Sequence record: MK250019.1
Strand: one strand, 5' to 3'
DNA length: 64,000 nucleotides
Positions 41,613 to 54,281 of this stretch are shown here, piece by piece; positions within the stretch are counted from its first letter, which is position 1, and every line of letters starts with the position of its first letter. The position numbers and the translations under genes are program-made. Under the pieces are notes generated by a model, which saw only the letters and a program-made list of their open reading frames with translations, did not search any database and was not told where the DNA came from.

Positions 41613-42851
41613 TTATTGTTTATTAATCCATTCTTTTACTTCATTAATATTCCAAAATTCTATATAATTCAAATTATTCTACTATGATATATTCCTTTTT
41701 TTCAAATCTAATATAGTCCATGTATAAATAATATTATCATATTGTGACTTCTTACCATTTTTATGTGCATTAGAATTTTCTGCTTTTTCTTTTAAGTTAT
41801 TCAGCTCATTTAAATCATATTCATTATTTTCATTAAATGGATGATAATGATGATAATGAGATCCGTTATATTCAATATATAAATCTAATGATGGTATATA
41901 AAAATCACAATTAAATGGATACAATTCTGATTTATATTGTCTAATACAATCTGAATATTTTTCTTTTAATAAATCAAAACATACATCTTCTTGATATGAT
42001 ATATTAAATGAATTATTTAATAATTTTGTATTATAAATTTTTTTCTATATTTCATTACTACTTAATATAGATGAAATTAAATTTTTATAGTATTGTGTCT
42101 ANNNNNNNNNNNNNNNNNNNNNCTTTTCTAAACATGTATTTTTTATTTTATCTTTTACATATTTAAGTTGACCAATATTTACGATACTATTAATATCATC
42201 TTCATTAGAAGCATATTTTTTAATACATGTATCTAATGACTAATTTCGAAATTTTTGAACTTTAAATACAGAATCAACACCATACTTTTCTAAACATGCT
42301 TTATGAGTTTTTTCTATTTTTTCAGGAATCTAACCTGTATACTCAACACCATATTTTTGTAAACATGTTTCTTTTGATTTTTGTTTAAATATTTCAGATT
42401 TTAAAGGGGATGTTACTCCATATCTTTGTAAACATGTTTCTCTTGCTTTAATTCTATTAGAATAATGTTCATCTCCATATTTTAATAAACATGTTTCTCT
42501 TATTTTATTATTAATCTATTGCTTTTTATCTACATCACTATATATGTCTTTTAATACTTTTTTAACTGTTATACCATCTAACATATTTGCATGTTCTTTA
42601 CAACATGTTTTATTAAATAATTGATTCTTTTTACCATTCAAAAATTTAACAGGTTTTCCACAAATAACACATACAGGGCGAACCTCTATATTATACTGTA
42701 TTCTCTTAATTGTTTCTCTTAATGACTATGAATCAGTATAGCGATTATCTAAATATTCCTTATACTCCTCAGAAATATTAGTTAATCGCTATACATTTAC
42801 ATGTCCATTAGATTTAATAAAATAATCTAATATAATCTAATCTGTTACCAT
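41613..42851 (-). mobile_element. Putative homing endonuclease, paralog of 33430-34437, with tandem CLxKYGV repeats; spans an N gap; TAG=Gln
   Basis: MVTD(TAG)IILDY..., CVICGKP, repeated TCLQ(R/K)YGV, YPFNCDFYIPSLDLYIEYNGSHYH. Confidence 0.7.
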
Positions 42852-42853
42852 AC

Positions 42854-43699
42854 TTAATAATTTTCATTTTTAGGTTGATCAACCTTATCATATGTTCCAT
42901 ATGTATTAAAATATTTCTGGAAATCACATGTCTTTACTTTGAAAATAATTCGCTCACCTCTACGTGACTGTAATCCAATAGGTGTACGAAGAACAAGTCC
43001 CTCTGCAAGATGTGGTTCCTCTGCAACCTTTGAATTAAATCCCTTCTTCACAAATTCAATTGCCTCATCTACAGTAAATGTACCCATAAATGGAACAATA
43101 TCGACACCGAGCTTCTTAAAAATTTCATCTCGATTCTCACGAAGCAAATACATATCATCTACCTTCACATCAAATCCAATAAATGAATTATCTTTTCTAT
43201 AGTATCCACCTGATTGAATTCCTGCACCAAATCCTTCACCATACAATGTATATCTCTTTGGAATTTTCGTTTCATCAAGTTCATATACATTGAATTGCGT
43301 ATTAAGTACGGACCATGTTTTTTCTTGCATTAGTTCATCTGTCACATACATTTCTTTAGAAAGACCCAATGCATTCAATACCTTATCTTCTGTCAATTCA
43401 GTTGTAAGATATGCATACAGCATCTTTGGGATCTGTGCATTATCAGTCTTTCCCTTATATGCAACATTCCACTTAATACCGATATTATTACCAATATCTG
43501 ATGTGATAAATTCACGGGTTACTTCAATTCGAGTGTTAGTTCCGTCTACCTTCTCCTCTGCATCAAACTTGCAATCCCGCAACCATTCCAACTCAGGTAC
43601 TGCAAATTCATCATAAGGCATGATTACATTATTTGCATCTCTCTTAAAGATTGTGTTAATCTTCTGATAAGTATTCTCACTTCTTTTCTGTTTACCCAT
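42854..43699 (-). CDS. RNA ligase (Rnl2-like nucleotidyltransferase)
   Basis: Motif I EKVDGTN; LYGEGFG; FIGFDV; EGLVLR; IFKVK. Confidence 0.88.
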   Translation of the reverse strand: MGKQKRSENTYQKINTIFKRDANNVIMPYDEFAVPELEWLRDCKFDAEEKVDGTNTRIEVTREFITSDIGNNIGIKWNVAYKGKTDNAQIPKMLYAYLTTELTEDKVLNALGLSKEMYVTDELMQEKTWSVLNTQFNVYELDETKIPKRYTLYGEGFGAGIQSGGYYRKDNSFIGFDVKVDDMYLLRENRDEIFKKLGVDIVPFMGTFTVDEAIEFVKKGFNSKVAEEPHLAEGLVLRTPIGLQSRRGERIIFKVKTCDFQKYFNTYGTYDKVDQPKNENY

Positions 43700-43755
43700 A
43701 ATTTAATATTTAATATGATTTATAATGTTTATAACTTATATTTGATAAAAAGTCT

Positions 43756-43929
43756 TTATACTGTTAATTTTTCAATTTGTTTATCAGCAGATCTCGCAAG
43801 AGATTTAAATCTACCGATATAATATTTTATGACTTTATCAACGTATTCAATGTTTGTTGTTTCTTGATAATCGTTCCAGAAATTATCACATAAATCTTTC
43901 GCTTTTTCTGAATAAGTTTTCTTTTTCAT
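43756..43929 (-). CDS. Small hypothetical protein (57 aa)
   Basis: MKKKTYSEKAKDLCDNFW... Confidence 0.55.
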   Translation of the reverse strand: MKKKTYSEKAKDLCDNFWNDYQETTNIEYVDKVIKYYIGRFKSLARSADKQIEKLTV

Positions 43930-43936
43930 TTTTATA

Positions 43937-44113
43937 TCATTTTACCTAAAATAATTCATATGGTACAATTTCATTCTCTTTAATTTCAATAGCATCACAT
44001 GTATGAACATACTCACCATGTTTTTCCATAAGTGAACGTGCTTCTACATCATCAATAGCATTCACCAAGAAAAGACCTCTATCCGTTTTTACTTTATATA
44101 ATGTAATATCCAT
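43937..44113 (-). CDS. Small hypothetical protein; TAG three codons before TGA
   Basis: MDITLYKVKTDRGLFLV...; first gene after a promoter box. Confidence 0.55.
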
Positions 44114-44155
44114 AATTTTATTATTTTAATTTACTTCAATATTTTATTAACATCA

Positions 44156-44165
44156 CAAAGATACA
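44156..44165 (-). promoter_or_regulatory. TGTATCTTTG -7 box
   Basis: 43 nt upstream of the ATG at 44113. Confidence 0.75.
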
Positions 44166-44230
44166 TAAAATATTTGAATGAAAAAAATATTTTCAATAAA
44201 TATACAAACAATTATTTAGTTTAATTAGAA

Positions 44231-44968
44231 ATGTTATTAAATAATCTTGATCAAAATTTTGTTATTGCATTAGATTTCAATTGGTTTTATCCTGATGTTA
44301 CTGAAAAATGGATGCCAATATTAAATAGAATGTATTTACCATACATGACATTAGAAGATTTCTTCAATGCATAGATTGCATCTATAAATTTTCCAGGATT
44401 AAATTCAGGTACAGTAATATAGCAAGGAAGAGAATATAAAATTCAGAAAAGACCTGGAAAGTAGGAAGATATGTTATTGGAAAAGACATTAACATTAACT
44501 GTTAAAACAGCAGAAAGTTATATAAGTTATTTTGTAGCAAGACATCAATATGATTTATATTTAAGATTAGGATAGTTAACACCTTTATACCTTCCTAATA
44601 TATCTGTTTCTTTATTGGATGATGGCGGTTTTGAAACAGTTACATACTGTTATTAGCAATTAACACCGACAAGTATAGGTGATTTATCTATGTCATATGC
44701 AGCTCGTATGGGTTCGTTTAATACATTTACATGGTCTTTTGTATATAACTATTATGATGTATATATTAGAAATGGTAATGGTGAAAGAGAATTAATATCT
44801 AAAGAATATGATCCTTATAAAGATGGAAATAGTGAATTTCTTGATTTGGATGATTCTAAATATTCATCAAAAATACATCCAGGTATTTCATCTAAGGTAA
44901 ATATTAATAAATTACAGTCTTTATCGAGAAGAGTTCCTGGTTAGATAGGGGTTAATCTAAAAAAATAA
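44231..44968 (+). CDS. Tail-tube-like (gp19-fold) protein (245 aa, TAG=Gln)
   Basis: INFPGL, TLTLTV, PTSIGDLSMSY...TFTWSFVYNYY; AATAAATA at 44195-44202. Confidence 0.6.
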
Positions 44969-44980
44969 TTTAATAATAAT

Positions 44981-45211
44981 ATGTGTGATTGCGTAGTTTA
45001 TAATACACCTATGAATACAATAGGTGTAGGAGATCCTGTTCCATTTGGTGTAAATTCATATGGTTCAGGTGATAGATTTGATACGACTCCTGGTAGTAAA
45101 TCAAAAAATAAAAATAAGAAAATATATTCTAAACCTCCAGTTTAGCATGGATTTAACGGAATTAAACAAATGCCGTTAATTGTTATGAGTAGTAAAAATA
45201 AAAAGAGATAA
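44981..45211 (+). CDS. Small hypothetical protein (76 aa, 1 TAG)
   Basis: MCDCVVYNTPMNTIGVGDPVP... Confidence 0.55.
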
Positions 45212-45234
45212 GAATATGGAATTCTTATCTCTTT
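45202..45234. terminator. Bidirectional terminator
   Basis: aaagagataagaat/attcttatctcttt between convergent genes. Confidence 0.7.
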
Positions 45235-45240
45235 CTTTTA

Positions 45241-46719
45241 TTATATATTAAATTTAAAATTATCTATTTTATCTGTTATATTTGTTATATTACAACCATT
45301 TTTTTCTAAAAGTTCTTTTGCAGATTGATATACTTTACTGTAATCTTGTTCTACAAAAGTACGTAAACTTGTGAATCTGAATTTTAAACTATCAATTTCC
45401 TATGCTATTACTTCATGAGAAACACCCGATTTATTTTTTCTATCAATATATTTCTAATATTGTTCTATTACTGAAATTGATAAATCTATGCATCGTTGTA
45501 CTTTTAAATTTAATATTATTAAACAATCTGCAATTGATTTAAATGAAAATACAAGTTGATCATAATGTCCTCTACCGTATGGTCTACGTTCTCGAGTAGT
45601 AAATAATAAAGATGTATCACTACCATATGTTTGTCTTATCATACTTGCATAAATACCATCACAATTTACTTGATTCCAATAACTTACTAGTTTAAATTCA
45701 TCAAATTTTTTATTTGTTAATATATCATTATCTAAATCCTGTAATTCCATATTAACATCAAAACATATATCCATAAAGTTATTAACGTTTTTTATAACTT
45801 TTGAATCTAAACTTTCCTGCTTCCTGACTTTTAATATTTGTCTATAACGTTCTATATTTTTCTTATTTAAATTAGTCTATGAAAGTACGAAATCTCTATA
45901 TTCACGTCGATTATTTAATTTATTTGTTATGTCAATATTATCCATATATTTTGGATCAACAACATAAACTTTTGTTATAGCTGTTATTTTCTGTAATGAC
46001 TTTATATTATCAGCGCCTAATTCTTTTTTTATATCAGAAGAAGATGTCAAAACATCATATACAGGAATCTTTGTAAATGCTTTATTTACAAAATCTTCAA
46101 CTTTCTTTGAATCTGTTGCAAAATAAGTTATATCTGTTTTTTCATTATAATTTTTATTTGGTTCCAACCAAGAATTATAAGGATTTGCAGATGTAATATA
46201 TAATATAATTTTATTATCTATTGTTACTGCTCTTAATTGATCTTCATAATCTACCCAAAACTATATACCGCTTTTATATATTTTTTTCTTTGCTTCTTCT
46301 GGTGTTATTGTTAATAACTGTGTATCTGTAATATCTGATATACCTAAATTATGATCAGCTTTTGCTTTAAGCATACGATTAATAATACCAATAATAGTAT
46401 TATCTATATATGAACCATCCCATTGTTTAGTTTTCTATTTTTTCGTATATGTACATTTAATAACAGACTATCTTCCTTCAACTGTATCACACATTTCCTA
46501 TGTTAATTTACCTTTAGATGCTAGTCTATCATATTTCATAACAACATAAAAAAAATCTGCTCCTTCATTTCGTTTCATATATCCTTCATCTCTACATGGA
46601 CTTAATGTTAAATTAGATCTGTCAAATTTATGTAGTAAAGATGAAAGTGTTACTGAATTTAATGATTCATTTATATGTTTTAATTTTTTTGCTATATATA
46701 AAACTTCACTTAATAACAT
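45241..46719 (-). CDS. Hypothetical protein (492 aa, TAG=Gln)
   Basis: Three track fragments in one frame; AATAAATA at 46749-46756. Confidence 0.65.
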
Positions 46720-46790
46720 AATTTATAAAAATTGAATTATCATTTAATTATTTATTTAACTAAATGATAATTCAAACATATATATTAATT

Positions 46791-48386
46791 TTATGAAAAA
46801 TTAACTTTTTGTTCATATACAGGGAAATGTTGTTCCATATATATTTTCTTTCGTTCTTGTCCATGTCTCCAGAGATAATTATCTTTATAACGTTTATTAG
46901 GATCTGCTGAATATCTTATATCATCGACAAAATCAAATATAACAACTTTATCTTTTCCAGGATACAAACGAATTCCTCTACCACATATTTGTCGTACAAG
47001 ACGCTCTGATTTTGCTGTATCAACCAAAAATATAGACCATAGATTCTTAATATCAATACCTTCACCAAATGTATTAATAGATGCAACTATTACTGTATTA
47101 CCAGATGTATCTTCTTCCATGCATTGTTTATAATAATCCCTTGTTTTATTTGGTGTATTTCCGTCTGTATAATAAACGTCTTTAGATGAATTATCTTTTA
47201 TATAATCATATACTTTTTTACCGTATCCATATTTAATATCACCGAATAAAACTAATGCATTTTTCTTTGTATTAATTACCTGATCGCAAATATATTTCAA
47301 TCTTGTATATGATTCATTAACAGTTTTTCTTTCTATCTTAAGAACTTTGCTTCCTGCTGTTATATCCATCGGATTTTTATTTGCTCGATATATATACATT
47401 GTTTCTTTAGTCTGCTGATCTGCCCATTTAAGATATTGAATTACTGCATATATAGGTGTTCCTCTTTTCTCTGTATTAATCAATTGATCTGCTGTTAATT
47501 TATAAACAACGGGACCTACTACAGATTGTATATAAAGATTTTCATACATTGTTTCTTTTGGAAATGTACCTGTTACACCAATTGAATATTTTAAATTAGA
47601 CATATTATATAAAATATTCTTTATTGAAGCTGCATTTCCAAGATGGTGACACTCATCGCATATACACCCACCAAATCTATCAAAGAATTCTTTTTTACGC
47701 TTACATAAACTTTGGAAAGTTCCAAATAATATATTGCATGATTCTACTTTAGCTTTCTGCTTCTTTGTTAAACCAGAGCGAAGAATACCAATTTCCCAAT
47801 TATGATTATGTTTCTTTAAATAAGATTCATAACGTTCATACTGAACTGCTGATTGATTTGCCAAATCAACAGATGGTACAATATATAGAATATTATCTAT
47901 ACCCTGTGTATCTATGAGATATTTGAATATCATGAATGATATTAAAGTCTTTCCACCTGATGTTGAAATCTCACCACAACACTTTTTATATTTCAATAAT
48001 GTATACGCTGCCTTTACTTGATAATCATATGGTTTAAATTCTTTTCCTTCTTCATTTTCTGCACCTTCAAAAATATCATCTATATAACTCTTAAAATCTT
48101 CAAACTTTAATTTAAACTAATTTAAAAAATTCTGTGCAGCTGGAGTCATTTCCATTGCTATATTGAACTTTTTAGCAACCTTAATAATTTCCAACCACAA
48201 ATTAGTAGAGATCATATTATACTTATTCATAAATTCTCTATCTGTAATTTGTATGTCGGTAATCTTCTTTAACATCCATGCATTAGGTATTTCCCTTGTA
48301 AAAGCTCTACGTATAACATTCAATTCAAATATATAATCTGAACTAATAACAAAATAATTGTTATCAAATGTTATATCAACTTTCAT
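46791..48386 (-). CDS. uvsW: UvsW-like SF2 helicase (531 aa, single TAG at codon 90)
   Basis: PYDYQ, STSGGKT, DECH, GVTGT, QICGRGIR; TATAAATA at 48417-48424. Confidence 0.85.
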
Positions 48387-48451
48387 TTACTTATATGTTA
48401 TATTTTTACTACTTAATATTTATATAGCATAATTATATAATAGTCTTATTT

Positions 48452-48522
48452 AAAAGTCTATTATTTTTAATAAAATTAAGTAAAAATTATGTTAAAAATA
48501 AATTAAAATAATATAGACTTTT
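48452..48522. repeat. Imperfect inverted repeat in the AT-rich divergent intergenic region
   Basis: aaaagtctattatttttaat / attaaaataatatagactttt. Confidence 0.55.
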
Positions 48523-49039
48523 TTCACAAAAGTAAGTAAAATAATTACTGGTAATTTGAGAATGATAGAATATATAGATTTTTGATTAGTGAAATTTTGA
48601 TTAGTTAATATTATTTAGAATTTGTATAAATTAACATAAAAATAATATTGATTATCAATCAGTTATAAATTATTTTTTAACATTTATTAAAAATATTTAG
48701 AAAAATGTAGACTTTTTCTTAAAACNNNNNNNNNNNNNNNNNNNNNNNNNNNNNNNTTGAGATAGATATTATACATAATATGTAAAAAAATTAAATATAT
48801 TTTTTAATAATTTAATAAGGTAAGCCTTTCGGAAATGTAAATATATTTTGAATATGGTATAGAAATATTTTTTATTTTTATATCATATTTTTATTTTATA
48901 GTATATAAAACATTATTAATAATTATTAGTAAAATATATGATAAAGTTTTATATTTACTTATTATAATTACTTTAATTTGATATGTTATATTTTTACTAA
49001 ATAAATAAGTAAATGAAAATCTTTATTTGATAAAAAGAT

Positions 49040-50020
49040 ATGAATAATGGTTTAAAAGAATAGTTACATGATATATCTATTCGAACAATGATCGGATAGC
49101 TTCCAAAAATTATTAATGATAATAATACAAAGATTTGTGATTATATTGATAAGATATATGATTCATCAAATGTATGTATAACTGTTAATATTGATAATGT
49201 ATCAGATAATAAATCATATGTTAAATCTAATTTAGGTTAGTTTAAAAAACTTATTGTAGAAGATTTTGAAACAAAAAATATAAAAAGTTTAGAACAAGTT
49301 ATTAGATCAGGTGGTTCTAATAATGAAGGTATAAATCATGATGCATTAAACGGTCGTTATCTTTATAATGATGGTGGATTATTGAAAACAGTTCCATATG
49401 ATAAAATATCTCCTGATATGAATAAGTATGCACATAATTCTGGTGCTATAGGTGTTACATTAGGAAATGGTACTGTTTAGTCATTAGCAGATACATTAGA
49501 ATAGATTATTAATAGTGTCGATAGTTTAAAGAAACAATTTAGTTAGAGTTATTCAGAAGATGAAGGATATATTGGATTATATGGTGCAATTAATAATATA
49601 AATAATCAGTCAGTAAATAATTCAAATTCATTCACTTTTGATTAGAGTTTATTATTTGCTACTAAATTATAGTTAAAAAGAATGAATTTACCATAGTATC
49701 AATATAATGATATTACTCAGGGTTTTATTTATACATATTATGATTATGCAAATACTGTTACTATAAATGATGAGAATACTTCATCTATAAAAGGAATTCC
49801 TGGTTCTATTGTTAAATTAAGATTTAATGATACTAAATCAAAAGGGTTTTATAGAGTTATATTATCAAGAGAAGAAAAGAAATTTTTACGAATATCAAAA
49901 GATGAATTAAATAGAATTACATTAAAGTGTATTAGTAATGATGAACAATTTGGAGCATCATGGGATGTATTGGATTATTCTGTTCGTTCTGCTGATGATA
50001 TTATGATTGAAAGAAAATAA
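49040..50020 (+). CDS. Putative structural protein (326 aa, about 9 TAG)
   Basis: 981 nt ATG..TAA; absent from the ORF track; AATAAATA at 49000-49007. Confidence 0.75.
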
Positions 50021-50040
50021 AATTATTAGTTTAAGAAATT

Positions 50041-51912
50041 ATGATTAGAACTCCTTTATTAAGACCATTAAGAGATAATGGTGCTACTTTATATGTTTTT
50101 CCATCTGCTAATGAAGATATTGGTTTAAATTTAAACAGCAGAGCAACAGGTGTTGCAATGTCACATTATGCATTACTTAATTTACCTGTAATGTTTGGTA
50201 ATACAGATCCAAAATCAGAATCTATAGCTATTGCAACTGATTTATAGAATTATATGATGAATCTTGAATGTACATTATTAAATCAAGATTCATATAATTA
50301 TCAGGAATATCATACTGTTTCGGAACGAGCATTTTTTCATTGGCTAAAAAGTTTCGGAACAAGACATATTAAAGATTCTAAACTCAATTTAGACCGAACA
50401 CAAAATAGTAATGATGTTTACTATAAAGAGACAGATAATACAAATAGAGTAGTATAGTGCTTTGGTGCAATAGATGCAGGTAATTCATTAAGTACAGAAT
50501 TTGGTATGTTTAACGAAACATATGTGAATATACCTACAAGTTATGGAAATGGACCTGTATTTTTTAAATAGGTTTAGGATACATCAGAAACAAATTATAT
50601 ATATGGTAAAACATATAATACTGGTGATTCAGAGCATTTACAGGGAAGAAAGAATAATGTAGATACATTAAAAATATTATCAGATGTAAAACCAAAATAT
50701 GATAGTGGTACTTCATATACATTGAATGATGCATATGAGATTGTAAAAGATATTAATGAAATATAGTCTGCATGTAGAGCATTTACTAATGATAAAAATA
50801 TTCAAATTAATTCATATGATGATGTGAATATCGATTAGAAAACACAGTTCAGTGGAAAATACTGCGATATTACATCAAATCCATGTGAATTCGGTTTTAA
50901 TGCAATACTTTTATATTATAGTGTTTATGATTAGAATGATACAACTAAAACTGCATATGCTATAAATTTGTTTGGTATTGTATTTTTAGATTCACCATCA
51001 AGTGTATAGAATGGATAGGCAAAAATACCGTCTTTAATTAAGAAAAAATCATTTGGCGGTGCAAATAAAGCAAATTTCTTTGGTAACAGTTATTCATTCC
51101 GTGTTAATATAAAAACATTATCTGTATATGACAATACAGATGCAATGATTTAGGATAATACAACAATGTCTTCTATTAACAGTGTTGATTTTTCTGATGT
51201 TGTTAGCAATCTTAATAGAGCTATTGATGTAATGAATACAAATGTACAATCAACAATGGCTATACAAGATGCGTATATGACAACACTTAAGTTGACTGAT
51301 GAAAATAAGTAGAAATTATAGGAATTAGAAGCTAAATTAGATGGTTATTTAAATGGTTCAAAAACATCTGGTATAGTTTCATAGAATATACGAACAAAGA
51401 TTATTCAACCTATTACAGATACATCAATAGATTCAAGTGTTAGTGATGGTAATAATATAATTAAAATTCAACTTAATAAGCAATTAACTGATTTTATTAA
51501 CACTGAAGAATATCAAGGTTCAACTTATACACCACCTATTAAAATATTAAATGATGAATATACTTATAATGTACCTACTGTATATAAACCTATTTTTAAT
51601 GTAAGTACACAAGCTGATACTGCATTAGGAGAATGGTCTTCAGATACAGGAGATATAAATGACATTATAAATGGAATAGACGTTAATTATTATACATATA
51701 ACAATAATGTATATCCAAGTATAGAATTACCACAATATGTATTGCAGGGATTTGGATTTGATAAGTTAGTATACAGAACTGGTGATCCAAATAATGATAA
51801 TGAAAAGGATACTACATTTTTGAATTATGAATCATTGATACCATTAATGATAAAATATATTCAAGATTTAAATAAGAGGATAAAAAACTTAGAAAGTAAA
51901 AATAACGGATAA
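50041..51912 (+). CDS. Tail/baseplate protein with a C-terminal intramolecular-chaperone (S74-like) segment (623 aa, TAG=Gln)
   Basis: 1872 nt in frame; C-terminus NGIDVNYYTY...LNYESLIPLMIKYIQDLNKRIKNLE. Confidence 0.65.
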
Positions 51913-51920
51913 TATTTAAA

Positions 51921-54179
51921 ATGAGTACAAATAATAATATAAACAGTTTTGCAGAAAATATGCGAAAAACGATTGCATAGCAAACTAATGAACTTTCATT
52001 ATTATCCGCTATGCAAAGATCATTAACAACAAATGATACTTTCGTTACTTATGAATATCAAGATACATAGGGAACAAATTCAAGATATTAGTTACCAAGT
52101 TATGCGTCTATTGTTAATCGATTAAAATCTGTTGAAGAATCTCTTAATACAATTTCAACTGGTAAAGGTACAATTAACCTTAATGACGGTTCAAGAAGAA
52201 CAATTAAATTAAGTTCAATACCAAAAACACCAGATTAGATAAATGGTTTACAGGACCCATCAACATTTAAATTAGATACAAATTGGTTTTTTGAAGATTT
52301 AATGTTTCCTGGTTTAACAGTTGATATTGACTTAACAGGTTAGATTGATGATGATGCTGATAGAGTTAAAGTTGTTAGAGTCATTCTTAATTCTAATGAT
52401 GATGCGGCAACAACATTATGGAATAATCAAATATCTACAACAACATATGATTATCTTTCATTAAAATCATTATTAGCAAACAGTAATATTTCTTATTCAG
52501 AAGATGAAGAAATTGTATAGTTACCTTTAGTAAGAAATACAAAATCTGGAACATTTCAGATTATACAAGATCCAGATATTATTAACGGAAATGTATGGTA
52601 TACATTAGACAGTATAACATATTCTACTATTTCAAGTGAAGGTATTGATTAGGGAAAGAATAATATATTATCTATTGGTGATTAGTTATCATACAGTGAT
52701 TCTATTTTTGAAATTATTGCAATTAATTAGAACTCAAGTAAAGTCAGATTAAAACGAATTGTAGGTGCTGCTTTACCAGGTGTTTATGCAACTCTTAACT
52801 ATTATGAAGATCCGTTTAGAAGTAAAATAATTTCAGTAAGAGTAGGTGCAAATGAATATGATATTATATATGTAAAAGGAATTTCTGAAGCATATAACTT
52901 ATAGGCAAATACATGGTCAACACCGGTAAGAGTAGATACAAATAATCTTTTATATGAAGATAGTAACGGTAATGTTACATCAACGTCATTAACAGAATAT
53001 TACAGTAATTATGTAGTTGACTGGGGTGCAAAGATGATAGATGAAGCTAAGGAAAGAACTGTTACTGCATGGAGTGGACAAAAACCAAATGCACCAACAT
53101 TATCTGAATCAGATATGAGAGTCGTTCAGGTTAATACACAGATTAATGCAGCAATTGATACAACAACGATTAAGAATACTGCTGCACTTATAGCAGATGA
53201 TAAGACAAAGATAGATAACCTTAAATCAGCCATAGCGGACCTCAAATCTGAATTATAGAATATTACTAACATCAGTGATTATAATGCGAAACAGGAGCAA
53301 ATAAACACGCAAACATTAGAGTTATAGAATGCTCAGTCAAGTTATTCAAGTAATGTTTCTGCTTTTTAGTCAGAAGTAAGATCTAATGGTGCTTTATTGA
53401 CTGATCCGAAATATAGAATCAGAGGGTTCTTCTCTGTACCTGTATAGAAAACACGTATTGGAAATTCAGGATTATAGGAAGAAATTATAGGTTTTGATAT
53501 TGCTTACCGTTATGTGAAAGAAGATAATACACCAGTATTATTAAATACATTCACTTATAATGATTAGAATACAGGATCAAGTGTTACAGGTACTTTTTCT
53601 GATTGGAATATTTCATAGTCTTAGATGAAAACAAAAGTAAATGACGGTAATGGATATAAGTGGGTAGTAGAAAATGTTGCAGATTCTACAGAAGTAAATA
53701 TTAATCAGATTGATATACCTATACAGAAAGGTGAACGTGTAGAAATAAAAGTAAGATCTATATCAGAAGCAGGTTATCCATCAAATCCTTTAAGATCTGA
53801 TTGGTCTAATTCTATTATTATATCATTTCCTGATAATCTTTCATCAACTAATGAAATTGCAGATTTAATTAAAGATGTTAATGATGACGCATTAACTATT
53901 GCTATTAATAATACATTAAGTTCATCTGGTGTAACATCACATTTAGACGATACAATACCAAACAGTAATTCTGTCAATGGTTTGTATTTTAAGCATATTG
54001 CAAAGAATATCGCATATGAAAATACAGATGAATCAACAGGAACAAAAATTATTACTTCTATATCATTATAGGATAAAGTAGATTCTATTGATAAAGAATT
54101 TGATAATGTAGGATATTTGGGTGATATTGCAAGTATTAATTATATTAATTATGATATTAGTGTATCAGAAGATAAATAA
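51921..54179 (+). CDS. Putative baseplate/tail structural protein (752 aa, TAG=Gln)
   Basis: 2259 nt ATG..TAA; track fragments in the same frame. Confidence 0.7.
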
Positions 54180-54281
54180 TATAAAAATAATATAAAATTA
54201 AAGAGATATTACATAATTCAAAAAGTAATATCTCTTTTTTAGTTTAATAAATAATGAAACGAATTTGATTTAAGGATACAA

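Noticed and set aside
42102-42560. CRISPR array or DNA repeat near the gap
   Set aside because: The repeats are coding CLxKYGV units inside an endonuclease; there is no repeat-spacer pattern anywhere in the window
49013-49030. ATG at 49013 as the gene start
   Set aside because: It reads MKIFI then TGA; the long frame begins at 49040
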